Source: Octopus sinensis (Eukaryota). From it: DNA of 64,000 nucleotides. How positions within the stretch are numbered: the first letter of the stretch is position 1; each line of letters starts with the position of its first letter. The translations under genes and the position numbers were made by a program. The notes below the pieces were generated by a model. It saw only the letters and a program-made list of their open reading frames with translations. It had not been told where the DNA came from and ran no database searches. Location: NCBI RefSeq assembly GCF_006345805.1, contig NC_043015.1:23312001-23376000 (forward strand), given 5' to 3'. Below, in pieces: positions 15,061 to 28,722 of the stretch.

Positions 15061-16011
15061 TAAGAGGCAAAGTAAACCTTGGCAGCGAGACAGAGACACA
15101 ATTTAAAGTAGAGGGAGGGAAGAGGGTCATAGAGATAAAGCAGTATATATATATATGTGTGTGTGAGTGTGTACGTTTCCAAAGGTACATCGCCTACATC
15201 TTTTATAAATTCAGTGTGCTTTATACATATTCGGCGATGTTTCTCATCTGTTTCTTACCATCCGTCGCTTAGAAATTCTTTGCTGTAATAAATTCGAAAC
15301 CTGATAAAAGATTTGTACATTTTCACTGTCCAGAGCAAAAGTGGAAATTGAAAATTATGAAGTAGCGACCCACGTGCCTCCTCTCCAAATAACGCCAACG
15401 AGGTAGAAGGAAGTGTGCTGTTAAGAAGGTGAATTCATTATCTGTCGAGATTTATGAGGAGGCTTTAAATAATTCTTAGATGATTGATATTCACACTGAA
15501 TTGTGATAAAGCTGAAACAAGGGGCCATAGCGGGAAAGTGAGAATGCAAGATGGGATATTAATTATCTAAAGGGGAAAATTCGAGTGGGGGATCTGGGAA
15601 AGCCGAAAGGTGAGATATGAAACTATAATTAGCAATACTTAACATTCACAGTACAACTTGTGAAATACATGCACTACATGCGTACATATTCCATTCGTTT
15701 AATTCACCGACTTAATAATCACATAGCAAACAGGTTTTGCTGCTATATTCTGAAGATGTATAGTGTGGGTAATCTTATTGGAATTTCTGAATTCCACATG
15801 GAACGAAGTATATTCGATACATAAATTAACGAACTTTATTAATCGATTATCGAGTCGTTTGTGTTACCTATACAACCCTTGCCTATGCTAGAGACTATCC
15901 GACTGTTTTAACCCAAACATTTGGATTTCACTATTACATATATATATATACATATATATATCATATTATATCATATTATATATATATATATATATTATAT
16001 ATATATAATAT

Positions 16012-16075
<64 letters not shown>

Positions 16076-16127
16076 TACATACAAATATAACTGTGTGGGT
16101 GGGTGTTTGGGTGTATGTTTGTGTAGA

Positions 16128-16513
16128 TGGACGTTATCAAAGAAGCTTGAGAGGCGGTTGGATGGAACCTACACTCGCCTCCTTATGAGAGCTCAAAATC
16201 TCTCGTGGAGGCGCCATCCAACTAAAATGCAAATATATGGGAAATTACCACCTGTGTCATCTCTTGTGAAGGGTAGGAGAGTCCAGTTTGCTGGACATTG
16301 TTGTAGAGCTGAAAAAGAAGTAATTTCTGCTCTTCTCCTCTGGAAGCCATCTACTCGCAACACCAGAGGGCGCACACTCTCCTACCCTGATGTAATCTCC
16401 AGGGATACAGGCATCCAGCAACAGGACCTCCGTAATGCTATGATGGACCGTGAAGTCTGGCGCAACATGGTAAATTCCATTGTCTCGACCACGGTCGAAC
16501 AATGATGATGATG
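16128..16513 (+). mobile_element. 5'-truncated RTE-clade LINE 3' end with target-site duplication
   Basis: WTLSKKLERRLDGTYTRLLMRAQNLSWRRHPTK...RVQFAGHCCR...RGRTLSYPDVISRD...DREVWRNMVN; (TGA)n tail at 16502-16513; 11-bp TSD TTGTGTAGATG at 16119-16129 and 16514-16524; about 8 mismatches versus 18421-18784 (~98% by manual count). Confidence 0.92.
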
Positions 16514-17384
16514 TTGTGTAGATGAAGTTTTATCACACAATGGATGAGTCACCAATAATACAATATATGTTGAAGCGTTTATAAAGTGTTAAGTTACTTT
16601 TCGTACTCATCCACGCAAATCAATCATTATAACATAACGCTTTTTTCCTTCTATCTTTCTTTGTCTCTCATGAATAACACTCGACGGTAAATGAACTGAA
16701 ATATCCTATTAGTAAATGCACTAACAAGTATTAAATATTACCTTAAAGTATCACATTAGATTTCTACACTATCTAAAATTTCCCCCTTTCATTCTTATCG
16801 CATTTAAGATAATCAAATCATTTATACCCGAGTAATTGATATTTAAGTATATGTAATTACATATTTCCACATGCTTCATAGACTCCTTGCTTAGTGACTT
16901 ACTTTGCACAGAGTATTTAGCTTGTGTTACTAATCTATTAGGATATATTTATACTAAGTTCTTTATTCTGTTGCAATTATCATTCATTTGAATAAGGTCA
17001 TACGGGAGAACTGTCTTCGAAGGCTTTAGTAGATTATATCAAGCCAGTGCTTTCTTTGATATTTAGTCTAGCGATGTGACAGGGAATGAAAACGAAGTCA
17101 ACTTTGCAATCAAGTGGCTGAACTAAATAACTAAATTATTTCATTTTTGACGCAAAATGTCTTCCTTAACAAATACACATATATAATTAAAATATGCGGG
17201 GTCATATATCTGTCTATCTATCTATCCCTCTATCGATGTCTGTCTCTTCAACTATAAACCATCCAATCTCTCTCTCTATATATATTCATGACAAATTATG
17301 TGAAGTGCTGAATTGACAGTTCAACTGAGTGTGACAAGGGGAGAGTGTGTAGTGAGAGACGCGAAAGGGTATGACACAATATTA

Positions 17385-17515
17385 CCACAACGCGATTACA
17401 AGAAACGACATGACAATGCGGCGAGAATGATCCATTAGGAGCTTTGTGGAAATCACAGCCTACAAAGTGCAAAGATGTGGCTTGGCCAAATCCCAGGAGT
17501 TACCAAGAATGAAGA
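17385..17515 (+). mobile_element. R4/Dong-like (RLE-type) LINE fragment, post-zinc-knuckle region
   Basis: QRDYKKRHDNAARMIH*ELCGNHSLQSAKMWLGQIPGVTKNE resembles the YKxRHDxVAxxIHWxLC...HxPExVxEN segment preceding the RLE endonuclease. Confidence 0.55.
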
Positions 17516-18784
17516 CCAGGGGTATACCTCTAATGTCAATTGCTGCAAAACTGTACAACAAACTGATCCTAAATCGTCTTGTCCTTTTTGTTGAACCTTT
17601 GCTCCGAAAGAACCAAAATGGATTCAGACATGGGCGCTCAACGCTGAGCCATATACTATGCCTGCGCAGACTTATTGAAGAATCAAAAGCATTTAATCGC
17701 GATCTTGCAATGGTATTTGTAGACTTTTCTAAAGCGTTCGATTCTGCAGATAGGTACAAGATGTTTGAAATCCTTAAGCTCTATGGGATACCAGACAAAA
17801 TTTATCTCTGCCATCAAGGTCCTCTACACAGATACGTCTTCAACCATCTTAACCTCTGATGGAGAAACATCATCTTTCTCAATCAAAGCCGGAATACTGC
17901 AGGGAGACACACTCGCCCCATTTCTTTTCATCATTGTTGTTGATTATGTGCTACGTATGTCAGTTGATACCATCTCTGGCAAGGGCTTTGAAATAAAACT
18001 AAGAAGAAGTTCCAGACACCTAGCTGAGTACTTGACAGACACTGACTTAGCTGACGACATCGCTCTTATCAGTGATTCTCTCTCCAATGCCCAGTCTCTT
18101 TTACAATCTCTTGAACAAGTCTCAAATTGTGTAGGTCTTTACCTCAATGAGGCCAAAACTGGATATATAATCAAGTGCCTGTCCAACAGTGATTGCATCA
18201 TCCATACTCTCAACAGTGCGCCTTTAAATATGGTTTCTGATTATAAATATCTTGGGTCATACATATCATCATCTGGAAAAGACTTTCTAACTAGAAAGGG
18301 TATGGCCTGGTCAGCCTGTAATGACATGCATAAGATCTGGTCATCAAATCCAAGTAGAGACTTCAAACTTGAAATATTCAAAGCCACAGTCGAACCAATT
18401 GTACTATATGGCTCAGAAACCTGGACGTTATCAAAGAAGCTTGAGAGGCGGTTGGATGGAACCTACACTCGCCTCCTTATGAGAGCTCAAAATCTCTCGT
18501 GGAAGCGCCATGCAACCAAAATGCAAATATATGGGAAACTACCACCTGTGTCATCTCTTGTGAAAGGTAGGAGAGTCCAGTTTGCTGGACATTGTTGTAG
18601 AGCTGAAAAAGAAGTAATTTCTACTCTTCTCCTCTGGAAGCCATCTACTCGCAACACCAGAGGGCGCACACTCTCCTACCCTGATGTAATCTCCAGGGAT
18701 ACAGGCATCCAGCAACAGGACCTCCGTAATGCTATGATGGACCGTGAAGTCTGGCGTAACATAGTAAATTCCATTGTCTCGACC
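17516..18784 (+). mobile_element. RTE-clade LINE reverse transcriptase ORF fragment (one frameshift near 17800)
   Basis: ORFs 17446-17859 and 17765-18844: RGIPLMSIAAKLYNK, QNGFRHGRST, FVDFSKAFDS, GILQGDTLAPFLF, LADDIALIS, YKYLGS, LYGSETW, QFAGH. Lacks the last ~20 nt and (TGA)n tail seen in the 16.1-kb copy. Confidence 0.95.
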
Positions 18785-19270
18785 TGTCAATGTAGGCGAC
18801 AAGTCCAGAGATGTCATGATATAAGAGATGTCATGACAACATAGCAAGGATTTCCATTGGACACTTTGCAATACTTATGGACTTCACAGAGCAAAAATGT
18901 GATACGGACATTAACTCGAAGACTTCATCGAAAAGTAATGATGCACAGATCTTATGGGATTTTATGATTCAGTGCGACCATAAGACAGAGAATAGGAAAC
19001 CAGACACAGAGTTAATTGAGAAAGAAAGGAAATGATGCTGGATCATAGATATAGCAGGCCCAGCTGACAACAAGGTATATGATAAGGAAGAAAGAAAAGT
19101 TGATAGATATGACAGGTTATCTTGGGAGGTTAAGCAGCTATGGTCGCTGAAAAAGGTGTTAGTGGTACCAATAAATGTCTGAGCCCTGTGTGCAGTGAGT
19201 AAAAATCTTGAGAAGGACATGGAACAAATAGGAGCTCCAGTAAGGTTGGAGCACTTGCAAAAAACTGAGA
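18785..19270 (+). mobile_element. R4/Dong-like LINE restriction-like endonuclease (RLE) fragment, degenerate
   Basis: RCHDNIAR(fs)IFHWTLCNTYG...QILWDFMIQCDHKTENRKPDTELIEKERK*CWIIDIAGPADNKVYDKEERKVDRYDRLSWEVKQLWSLKKVLVVPINV*ALCAVSKNL, matching the ILWDF..RPD..IIDIA.P.D..KE.EK..KY..L..E...LW..V.VVP..IGALG pattern. Confidence 0.8.
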
Positions 19271-19687
19271 TCAGTGAGTTGGCGACCATACTACCAGGGT
19301 GTCTGCAGGGCACCTACATTTATGATATCACTCATAGGTTTACCATGGTAGACGAACGGGAGAGACAAGGAAAGAAGTTACCATTTGGGTGATAACATAG
19401 GCTGGGTGACTCGCTTTCCATAGAGCATTGGATTTCGTTTGGGAAGAGTCTTTAAGTCTTTTAGTCCCTTCTTATAATTTTCAGATTATGTAGTGCACAG
19501 AGAGTAATGAACATAGGAGACTTCTCCCTCTATTTCGATGTACTCTTTCTCTACTATGGAGTATATCACTTTTTTATTTGTACTTATTGCTATAGAGTTT
19601 GGGATAGATGTGTTATGTTGGTGTTGTTTGTGTTTGTATGCTCCTGCGCGTTTCCTTTTATTTGAAGATCTTGTTGTTTGTGCTAGA

Positions 19688-19780
19688 GGTGGTTGTGGTG
19701 GTGGCGGTGGTGGTGGCGGTGGTGGTGGCGGCGGCGGCGGCGGCAGTGGTGGTTGTGGTGGTCGTGGATGTGGCGGTCGT
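19688..19780. repeat. (GGT/GGC)n trinucleotide tract
   Basis: ggtggttgtggtggtggcggtggtggtggcggtggtggtggcggcggcggcggcggc read directly. Confidence 0.9.
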
Positions 19781-19885
19781 TTGAATTGTTTTGGTGGATT
19801 TATCTGCGTTTGGTGTGGCTGTAGTTTTGTTCATGTGCTTTTGTGTGATTATGCAGTGCCCCCATTTTTTGTTTTGGTTTACTAG

Positions 19886-19973
19886 ATTTGGACTTCCTCG
19901 CATGATGAAATTTCCTTGTCAAAAGCATCTGATGCAGATGGGGATCGAAAAGAAAGCATGTTTTCCTGTGTGC
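19886..19973 (+). pseudogene. Candidate 88-nt exon with cadherin-like AxDxDG motif
   Basis: Acceptor ttttttgttttggtttactag| and donor |gtgagt; frame 0 open: IWTSSHDEISLSKASDADGDRKESMFSCV. A second frame is also open. Confidence 0.4.
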
Positions 19974-20551
19974 GTGAGTTAGTGTGTTTCAAAGTGGATG
20001 GGAAGCTGGGAAATGAATAGAGAATTAGTAGTTATTTATGTAAGGATGTGAATACATCGTGAAATTGAAAACGGGCTAAACGAGTCATAACAAAGGTTAC
20101 AATCCATTGTTTTCCATTGAGTAAGATTTCAGCTTTAAATTAAATTAATATTAGAACGGCCTCAAAAACAATGTAAATATAATAAGGTATATGAAGAATA
20201 AACACCATCCTGTGTTCTTCCACAACCCCAAGTTAGATAGAAAAGTACTGAATTCCAATTCCTCCTTGGTCACATACGAAGAGTGTTTTATGTGTATTTC
20301 GGTGTTATGTCATTAGGCGAGTACTTGCTTAAGTTAAAGGATTTAGTTCTTGTTACTACTTTGTTGGTGAATTTTCGTCCCTCGTAACCAGCCTACTCTC
20401 TACTTCATTCAATCGATTAATTATGGGATAGATTAATAAGTGTGATTATTGTACTAAGGAACTGTAATTTTCCAAACTTACCGGAAACACACGGGTGCTA
20501 GCTGGAATAAAATGGTAAATATCCATTACATTTGTGACTTTTCCGTATGTG

Positions 20552-20614
<63 letters not shown>

Positions 20615-21194
20615 ATGTGTGTGTGTACATACAAACAAACACGGCCGCGCGCACACATTATTAAAATATCCTCTCAGTGTTAAGAAGTATGAGAACTTCT
20701 TATAATTAGTAACATATTCGATGTTTTGTGACCAATAGTTTTCAAGTATTATCACAGAGAGTAGTAATAATGAAATTAATCAAAATACAATTTTATTAAA
20801 TTTCATACGTTTATAATAATAATTACCGCGCCGAGGTGGCTAACGCTGTAAATTTGTATAATAATTATTGTAACATCCAATAAAAGTCAAGCTAAGATAC
20901 TAAGATATTGGAAATACTAAATATCAGTAATGTGGAACGGATATATGTAAATTGAAGTAGTAGAAAAAAATTGTGATTGTGATATATATTCATAATTAGA
21001 ATATAGTGTAATACAGGAAAGAAGCGAAATACATAAATTAGAAAGACTTTAGAGAAAAATGTTAGCTATTAGATTAGAGTAATAATTTTAATATAATAAT
21101 TTTAAATAATGTGATGTTTTACAAATTTCGCTGAAATATAATTTGATGATTTATAAATCTTGCAGATATATACTCAGAATATATATGTATAAAG

Positions 21195-21226
<32 letters not shown>

Positions 21227-22044
21227 GCACACACACACTCTCACACACACACATACACACTCAAACACAAACACATGCATATACCGGAATATGTTAATGT
21301 GCGATTCAGACTTTTGCTTCCAAACTTGTCATGAGTTCAGTTCTATTGCGCAGATCTTAGGAAATGGCTTATACAGTTGCCCCGAGTTGACCAAATACTC
21401 GGGAATGGATTCGGTAAACGGAATCTGAAAGAAATAGGTCGCATAATTTTACGTATGGATTCATAGAATCGTTTGGCTATCTCCGAAATCTATAACGGAC
21501 TCGGCTAGCATACTACAGGCACACAATACAAAGAAGTATAATGCAGAGTTCTATGCGCATGGATCCGAGAGGATCTGATGAATGAAATTATTTAGTGTGG
21601 AGTACATAAACCATAAAAATCAAGATGTATAAGTGGCCAATCGACAAAGAGAGGATTACAGTTGTTTCGCTGCTATAACGGTATATGTAAAATATTTTCT
21701 TCAAAATTTGTAACGATTTAAAAAACTTTTTTTTTAAATACAGTGACGTAAAACGTTTGGAATGAAGTCTTCGTATTGTGTGGAATCGCTTTCGATGTTC
21801 AATTTTTCCCATCCATGTGTTATAGAGAAATTCGAATTAACCCACACGAGAAGGATTACCTCAAAGCACGTGTATTTGCACACTTTAAAAACGAAAACGC
21901 TCACAAGATACAAAGGTTCATTCCTGAAGTCCCGTTTCATTGTTTTTCAGATATTTTTATAAATAGTTCATAATTTTTAAATGGGTGTGTATGTGTGTGT
22001 TGTATGTATGCATCTAGAAATTTATTAGTGGTTGTCCTTGCGCT

Positions 22045-22210
22045 TGTCTGTCATCCCCGTTTCAGAACCGGTGTTTGTTTGTTTATGCGGGATGAGTGAA
22101 AGGCATTAAAAGTGAGTACCTGTTATGGTTTGTTCGACTAAACCCTTCAAAGCGCTTACCCAGCGTGGACGCAGTCAAATGTCAAAATCAAAAGAATAAA
22201 AGAGAAAAGG
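22045..22210 (+). mobile_element. Decayed 3' half of the tRNA-derived SINE family A
   Basis: gttcgactaaacccttcaaagcgcttacccagcgtggacgcagtcaaatg...aaaagaataaaag resembles the 3' body and tail of the copies at 34050-34445 and 42447-42825. Confidence 0.55.
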
Positions 22211-22849
22211 TATATATACGCACACACACATAAAAAAGCGCGCGCACGTACATCCGCACACACAAACAAACGCGCACACACATATCGATGCGATACATAC
22301 TTACATGTATATGAAATGGTGCGTTAGTGTGCTGGGAGGTGACTATCGACTTTTTCTGTTTAATTGGTTCTGATGAAGAAGTGGTATTGTTCAATCCTGT
22401 TGCAGTCTCCAGAATTTGCTTCGCTAAATCTTTAGCCGAGAAGATATGTTTTCATAGAAAGGCGAAATAATGGTATTAGGGAAGTTAACCTTTTTAGTCT
22501 ATTGAACGAGCGGCGAACCTGATTTTGGACGACACGGGAGATAATGTTTTATTAATTGGAAATTAACAATATCATCCTGTGTAATACAGTGAGCTTAAAA
22601 GCCTTAGAAGAAATTTTACACAATATATATTTTTGTTTATAGAATGGAAAATACTATCATTTAAAAGAATTGCATCCTTGAGGATTTCAAGTAAATGCTT
22701 TATCCCGGCGAATGTCAGGAAAGCTCCCCATGAACGCATCATCATTTTCAGCAAATATTTTTTTTTTGTATCGGATGTGTTTATCAAAATATTATTCTTG
22801 ATCGATGCTTTTTACATTAGGATCTGCGCTATAGGTTTTTCATTGCTAA

Positions 22850-22930
22850 CACCATGCTAGAGCACCGCCTTTAGTTGAAGAAATCGGCCCCAGGACGTAT
22901 TCTTTGCAAGCCCATTATTCTATAGTCCAG
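22850..22930 (-). mobile_element. SINE family A 3' fragment
   Basis: ccatgctagagcaccgcctttagttgaagaaatcggccccaggacgtattctttgcaagccc aligns to 34087-34150. Confidence 0.65.
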
Positions 22931-25738
22931 TCCAATGCACTCGTTTTACCACCATTTAAGACGAGTAGTCTTTTTCCCACCATCCGTTTCTTCCGCCCTG
23001 AAGAACTTTCTCAACGCAAAAGATTTACGAAGCTCCAGTTAGTTGAATAAATTACTTTGTTGCAGGGAAGAGGATAAAAAAGAAAAAATGTAAACCGCAC
23101 TTTCGTTAGAGAGGGATATCATGTTTATGAATAATGCTGAATTATAATAGCGCAGTAAATATGATAGATGTTGATTCACAGCCATCAATTCATATCACAG
23201 CAAGCATACCTGAAACGCTTTTCGCTATTGCATCATGTTAACTCTTTCTTTTGATGATTTAACTTAAGTTGGAACGTCATGCACCTGATATATTGAACAA
23301 GCATTTCTTGTCGTTGTGTGTCTTTGCTATAAGTCTATTTATATAATAATTGAATTAATCGGAATTTTGCTAGAACTGATACACATGCACGAATGAAATA
23401 TGATACAAGAGTAATAATCTCCGTCCTCATTCCCTGATGTATGTATATAGCAGTTTATCTCTAAGAAGAACAGTTAAGTTTCAACGTCTCGAAGATGTCA
23501 AGCAACCTTAATAACTTTTGATATTATTTGCACGTTCGCTTGCTATCAGCGAAGAATTCTTCAATTTTGAAATTGTTATTCAACTATTTGACATCTCTAA
23601 GCACATAACATAAGAATTCTGCTTAATAGATAATAAGATAATAGAGAAATAATCAGTTTGTGCAAGCAATGAGACTAGAAGGAATAACCACGTACATTGC
23701 TGTGTCAGTCGATAGCTTTCCTAAGCATTGATCGGAGAAGGGATGTTGAAATACTGAGCGGTGTTAATATTATTATAGACAATGTCGTCTTTAAATGCAG
23801 GGCACTAATTATTACCATCTTAACTACTGGCCGTAATGCTACTCTCATCTACATTATGTATCTTGGTGAATACCTTAGGGCAATTCTGACATTGTAATGA
23901 GAGATATCATTCAATTATTCGTTAGTGACGTGTCATTATATATCTGCTATTTTAACATTCGTATAAAGGTCTTCAGAAAACCTTATCTTTCTAATTGGAA
24001 GTCTTCCTATAATTAGATTAAAATTTCTGTATTGGCTTACCTGGCTCGTCAATCGCCTACTTAGACCGATTATCTGAAATACGTTGATGTGTATCGAAAT
24101 TTTGATTCAGTACTTTTGATTGTTTCACACAGAAATTGAATTGGTCTCTTAACTAAGCTGTACATTCAATAAGATGAGGTGTATGACAGTTCCTTTCAAA
24201 AGTTGACCTTATACATCAGAAAGATAATGTGCACTCTAACTCGCCGAATTTTCAATTGAGCTAGAATCAACATTCAAAATTGTTTCATGTATTCATATTT
24301 TAATTTTGCTAAGTTTTCAATCGTCTGCAAAGTTACACTTGTAAATGGTTGCTTCCTGTTTCCGGAGTTCAAATTCATTCATATACACTTCATACATTTC
24401 GATGTAGCTCACGGCATTTTGTGCGTCATAGTTTACCTAACTTTATGATGTATTTAACAACATATCGACTCTTCGGCAAATGTTAACCACGATGAAGTAG
24501 CATATTAACACGTGGTTTTTCATTTCTCAACCTTCTATCGATCTGTGGAACAGAATGATTTGCAATCCTTTTCTCTTTTGATTAAAATGGAAGGTTTCTC
24601 ACGTTGTTAATATTCGCTTGTTTTGATCAAATGGCAAATCAATTACGTCATTTTCTTTCTATCCTATTTATTGTGTAATTAAAACTTCGAAAACTTAGCT
24701 TCATATCAATGACTAGTCAAAATGAAAGCGTACTCCGAACTACTGACAAGGAGACAAACTAAAGTGGGAAAATGTTTCTGCTGAAATTCATATTTTTTTT
24801 ACTCACGTCTCTTTCTCACAACATTCTGACGCGTTACTTTATGCGCTATTGAATTAAATAACGGAATTATTAATAAATGCACGTGGTGATAATGGATAAG
24901 TGAATGAAACAAAAGCTGACGTGGTGTTCTTTGATGCCTAATATCAGACTCTATGCAGACGTACAGCTGACTCAGTGTTCCATGTAACTCTATTTATAAT
25001 AAATCATGCTAAATTATGTTCCAGGATTCTCTGGGGAAGACTTTTGAAAGAAAATGGTCGGCTATCTAGAGTAAAATTTGATTTGTGTTCTTGATCCCGT
25101 ATAAAGATTACGTTTAAAAGTTTGAATCATAAATTTTGAATCCTGTCTGCGAGAAGAACTTGGACACTATATTAGACTAATTACAACATCAGGTCCTACT
25201 AAAGAAAAGAACAATCCAGACATACCCACAACAATCACAAGCCATCATCCAAAATTAAAATATGTACGCATTAGAAAGTGTAATATCTTTCATTACGCTT
25301 TCGTTACAGTCGAACGTTATTAATAATTGCTACTTATCGAACAGAAATAGTCCAGAGCAAATCTGCATCGACAGAAAAGCCTTTACTTAGTAAACAGGCG
25401 TTAAAACTTTTTGAAATCACAATTTACAGTCTTACGAAAACAGGCGGATCTATGCAATAGGAAGTGAAGCATATTCGTAGAAGAAATGTCCAGAGTGAGT
25501 ATTATTTCTTCGATTGTAGATGTTTGTCAAGATGTTTGTCAATGGCGAATGACATTTAGAAAAAAAAGCATGAACAACAACAGCAAGAACAACAACAATT
25601 ACAATAACATCTCTAAATTACTAATTGCATAAGGATGACAATGATTAATAAATACAGCCCGGGTCAAATTTATGTTATAATGTATCGCCGATATTTGTTC
25701 TACAGGAAGCTGACATCTCGTTCGAAACACTGGTTATG

Positions 25739-25749
25739 TAATAATAATA

Positions 25750-25810
<61 letters not shown>
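25739..25810. repeat. (AAT)n microsatellite
   Basis: Read directly. Confidence 0.95.
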
Positions 25811-25811
<1 letters not shown>

Positions 25812-26447
25812 CTTTCTGCCATTTTTCATACGTAATAATAACTACAACAAAACCCACAAAGACACAATGACTTAAAGCAGTCATTTAAAATAATGTAGGT
25901 TAGGCGTTTGTAAGTCTATGATAAGCAAGCAGTACTTCGATTTATTTCCTATGAATGAATAATTTCCGTTTTCTACTATTTTTTTTTAATAACGGAAAAT
26001 GTATATAAGCCCAAGTGGTACTTATCCTATAAAAGACGCATTTATGATAAGCAAAATATAAATACAAACATAAAAGTAAAAGAACAACAGGATAGAATAA
26101 AGTGTAAAGCGTTAAGGAGTCACGAGACTATAAAATATAATACGTCCGTGTAGATAAAGAGCAATCTACCCATTTACAACAGAGGTCTTAATATATATAT
26201 ATATATTTCGCCGATATTCCGATATTCCAATATATGAACTGTTTAAAAATCAATGACATTAATGATAGTTATTACAACATAAAGGTTATATCGAAATTCA
26301 ATGATATATTTGCGTTTATTAGGAGAAACAAACATTTTATTTTTTTTATTATACATCTCAAGTAGAATATTAGTCAGCTATTCACGCACAGCTATTCACA
26401 TACATAATATATAATGCATAAACTTTTATATATACATATATATATTT

Positions 26448-26480
<33 letters not shown>

Positions 26481-26547
26481 GATAGATTTATATATATATA
26501 AACTTATATATATGTATACATACATACATGCATATATATGTGGGTGG

Positions 26548-26600
<53 letters not shown>

Positions 26601-28345
26601 TATATATATACATATATGCATATATATGTGTGTGTGTACAGAGACAGGCAGGGGTACGTGAGAGAGACGTACATAGACACAGTGATAGACAGAAAAGCAA
26701 ATACATGGATAGTTATATTGTCTATCAGAGGTAGTTAGATAGATAGATCTGCTGGTAATAGGTAGTTGAGTAGTTTCGTGGGTAGAAGTTGGAGTTAAAA
26801 GGAATCATAGCATCCTGACTCATCGGTTTACTAAATATAACTCCGCACATATTTATGTAGAACAAGAAATTATTTGTTAATTTATAAAGTGACCGACTAT
26901 TATACAAAGGTTTTGTGTTGTATTTGCATCTCAGGGTCCAATTATAGAGGCACAGACATATGAATTAAACATGTTTAATTTATGATGAGTACGTGTAGAG
27001 AAGATATCTATTTCAGACGAATGGTTTACTGAAAGAACAACTAAAAATTGACTGTTAAACAGTTTACATACACAAATAGAGAAGCCGTTATATATATTCA
27101 AGTTTAGCATCAGCAAATATCGTTATACAACATTTTAAGAAGACAAATACACGCACACACATATACTTACACCACGGCAAGTAAACCACAAATAGACTGA
27201 CAACGATAGACATAGACAGAAATATATATAGACGCTCACAAGGCATACGCAATAACTTAATACCTACATTTCCCTAATACAAAGATCACAGAAAGCTTTA
27301 CTACCAATGGAAGATTTAGCGCTACTTCCCAAAACTGGAGTTCCATTTAATTGCATATGAGGGTCTTTAAAAGCCCATGTGTCGTCCGAAAGTGAAGCTT
27401 CGTGGCGTATGGCAAGATTTCTGCAAATCGTCGGCAGTGATTGCTATATCGTCTGTAATAAACATTTGTATTTTAAACCAACATTAATGGAGACTCTGTT
27501 TAGCTAAGCAATTAGAAATGAACGATCTGTAGCCGGAAACATTCTGAGAGCATTTACATTCAAAATTTTGCAACTCAACAAAATATCACATAGATTAGCA
27601 GGAAACTTATGACCTGTGATAAGTTAGATGCAGTGGGCGACAAAAGTTTATGTTTCTCTTGATGGTTATATAGTTCTATCGGATAAGGTAAATTGTTTCT
27701 GCATTTTTTTTACTATAAAGTTTATTGCTTATTGATGTGGATTACGGAATAAGAAAAATATTATCATCAAATACGATTGTCATACAGGTTTCCTTATTGC
27801 ATTGCGCATTATTATTGAAAATAGCGTGTGCCGAAGAAATGATGGGAATGACGAACGCTAACTTTATTAAATAAACGTTTAATTACATTTCTAGGATAGA
27901 TTTCTTATAGAGATTTCACGGTGGTTAATTCATCATTCTATAGGGATAGAATAACAGTTATTAAGATTTCGAACAGCACATAGAATTTCATTATCTACAG
28001 GTTAGTTCCTATAATAACCGCACTACTATTATTGATTTTTTTAGTATTAAGTTTATATACGAAATAATGCCAAGTGAACGTTACTCGAGAAGAGAGAAAT
28101 TAGTTTCAAAAGTTTAAAGCGTGATACCCAATAGTGATATAAATCTTCAATTAGAATTTTAAATATAAAGTGTGGTTTATATAGTAACCAGACATTTGAA
28201 TCTTAAAAGTTACATTTTTGTTAGTTTAATCGAAACATTTATGCACCTTGAGATAGGTAAAACTAAGTTAGAATTGAACTGCCTTTGGCCACTGTACTTA
28301 ACAAATTAAACAAAATGGATGAAGCAAGAATATAAATATATACAG

Positions 28346-28400
<55 letters not shown>

Positions 28401-28404
<4 letters not shown>

Positions 28405-28667
28405 AAAGTTTACAAAAAAAAAACAAAAGAAGAAGACAGGTGGTGTACAAAACAAACAGATGTATTAGTATAACGCTCAGGAATAGAAAAAGTATTTTAC
28501 ATGTCAAGCCTACGCTCTTCTACAGAAAGGGACACAGAAAAAACAAGGAGAGAAAAAAAATGTGTGTAGTGGCTAACGATATATCATGGGGACTAGTGCC
28601 GGACAGAAAGGTCAAACACGAGAAGGAAAGTAGGGGAGATAACAAGGTAAAGATGATCCCCAACACG

Positions 28668-28670
<3 letters not shown>
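28401..28670 (-). mobile_element. Solo PLE pseudo-LTR flanked by (TA)n on both sides
   Basis: Reverse complement closely matches 33747-34018 (catctttaccttgttatctcccctactttccttc...actagtccccatgata...cgttagccacta...gtccctttctgtagaagagcgtaggct...atactaatacatctgtttgttttgtacaccacctgtcttc). Contains a mutated hammerhead-like motif at 28496-28528. Confidence 0.75.

Positions 28671-28722
<52 letters not shown>

Noticed and set aside
19538-19903. Gly-rich (+) and Thr/Ala-rich (-) ORFs
   Set aside because: Explained by the (GGT/GGC)n tract; no domain signal.
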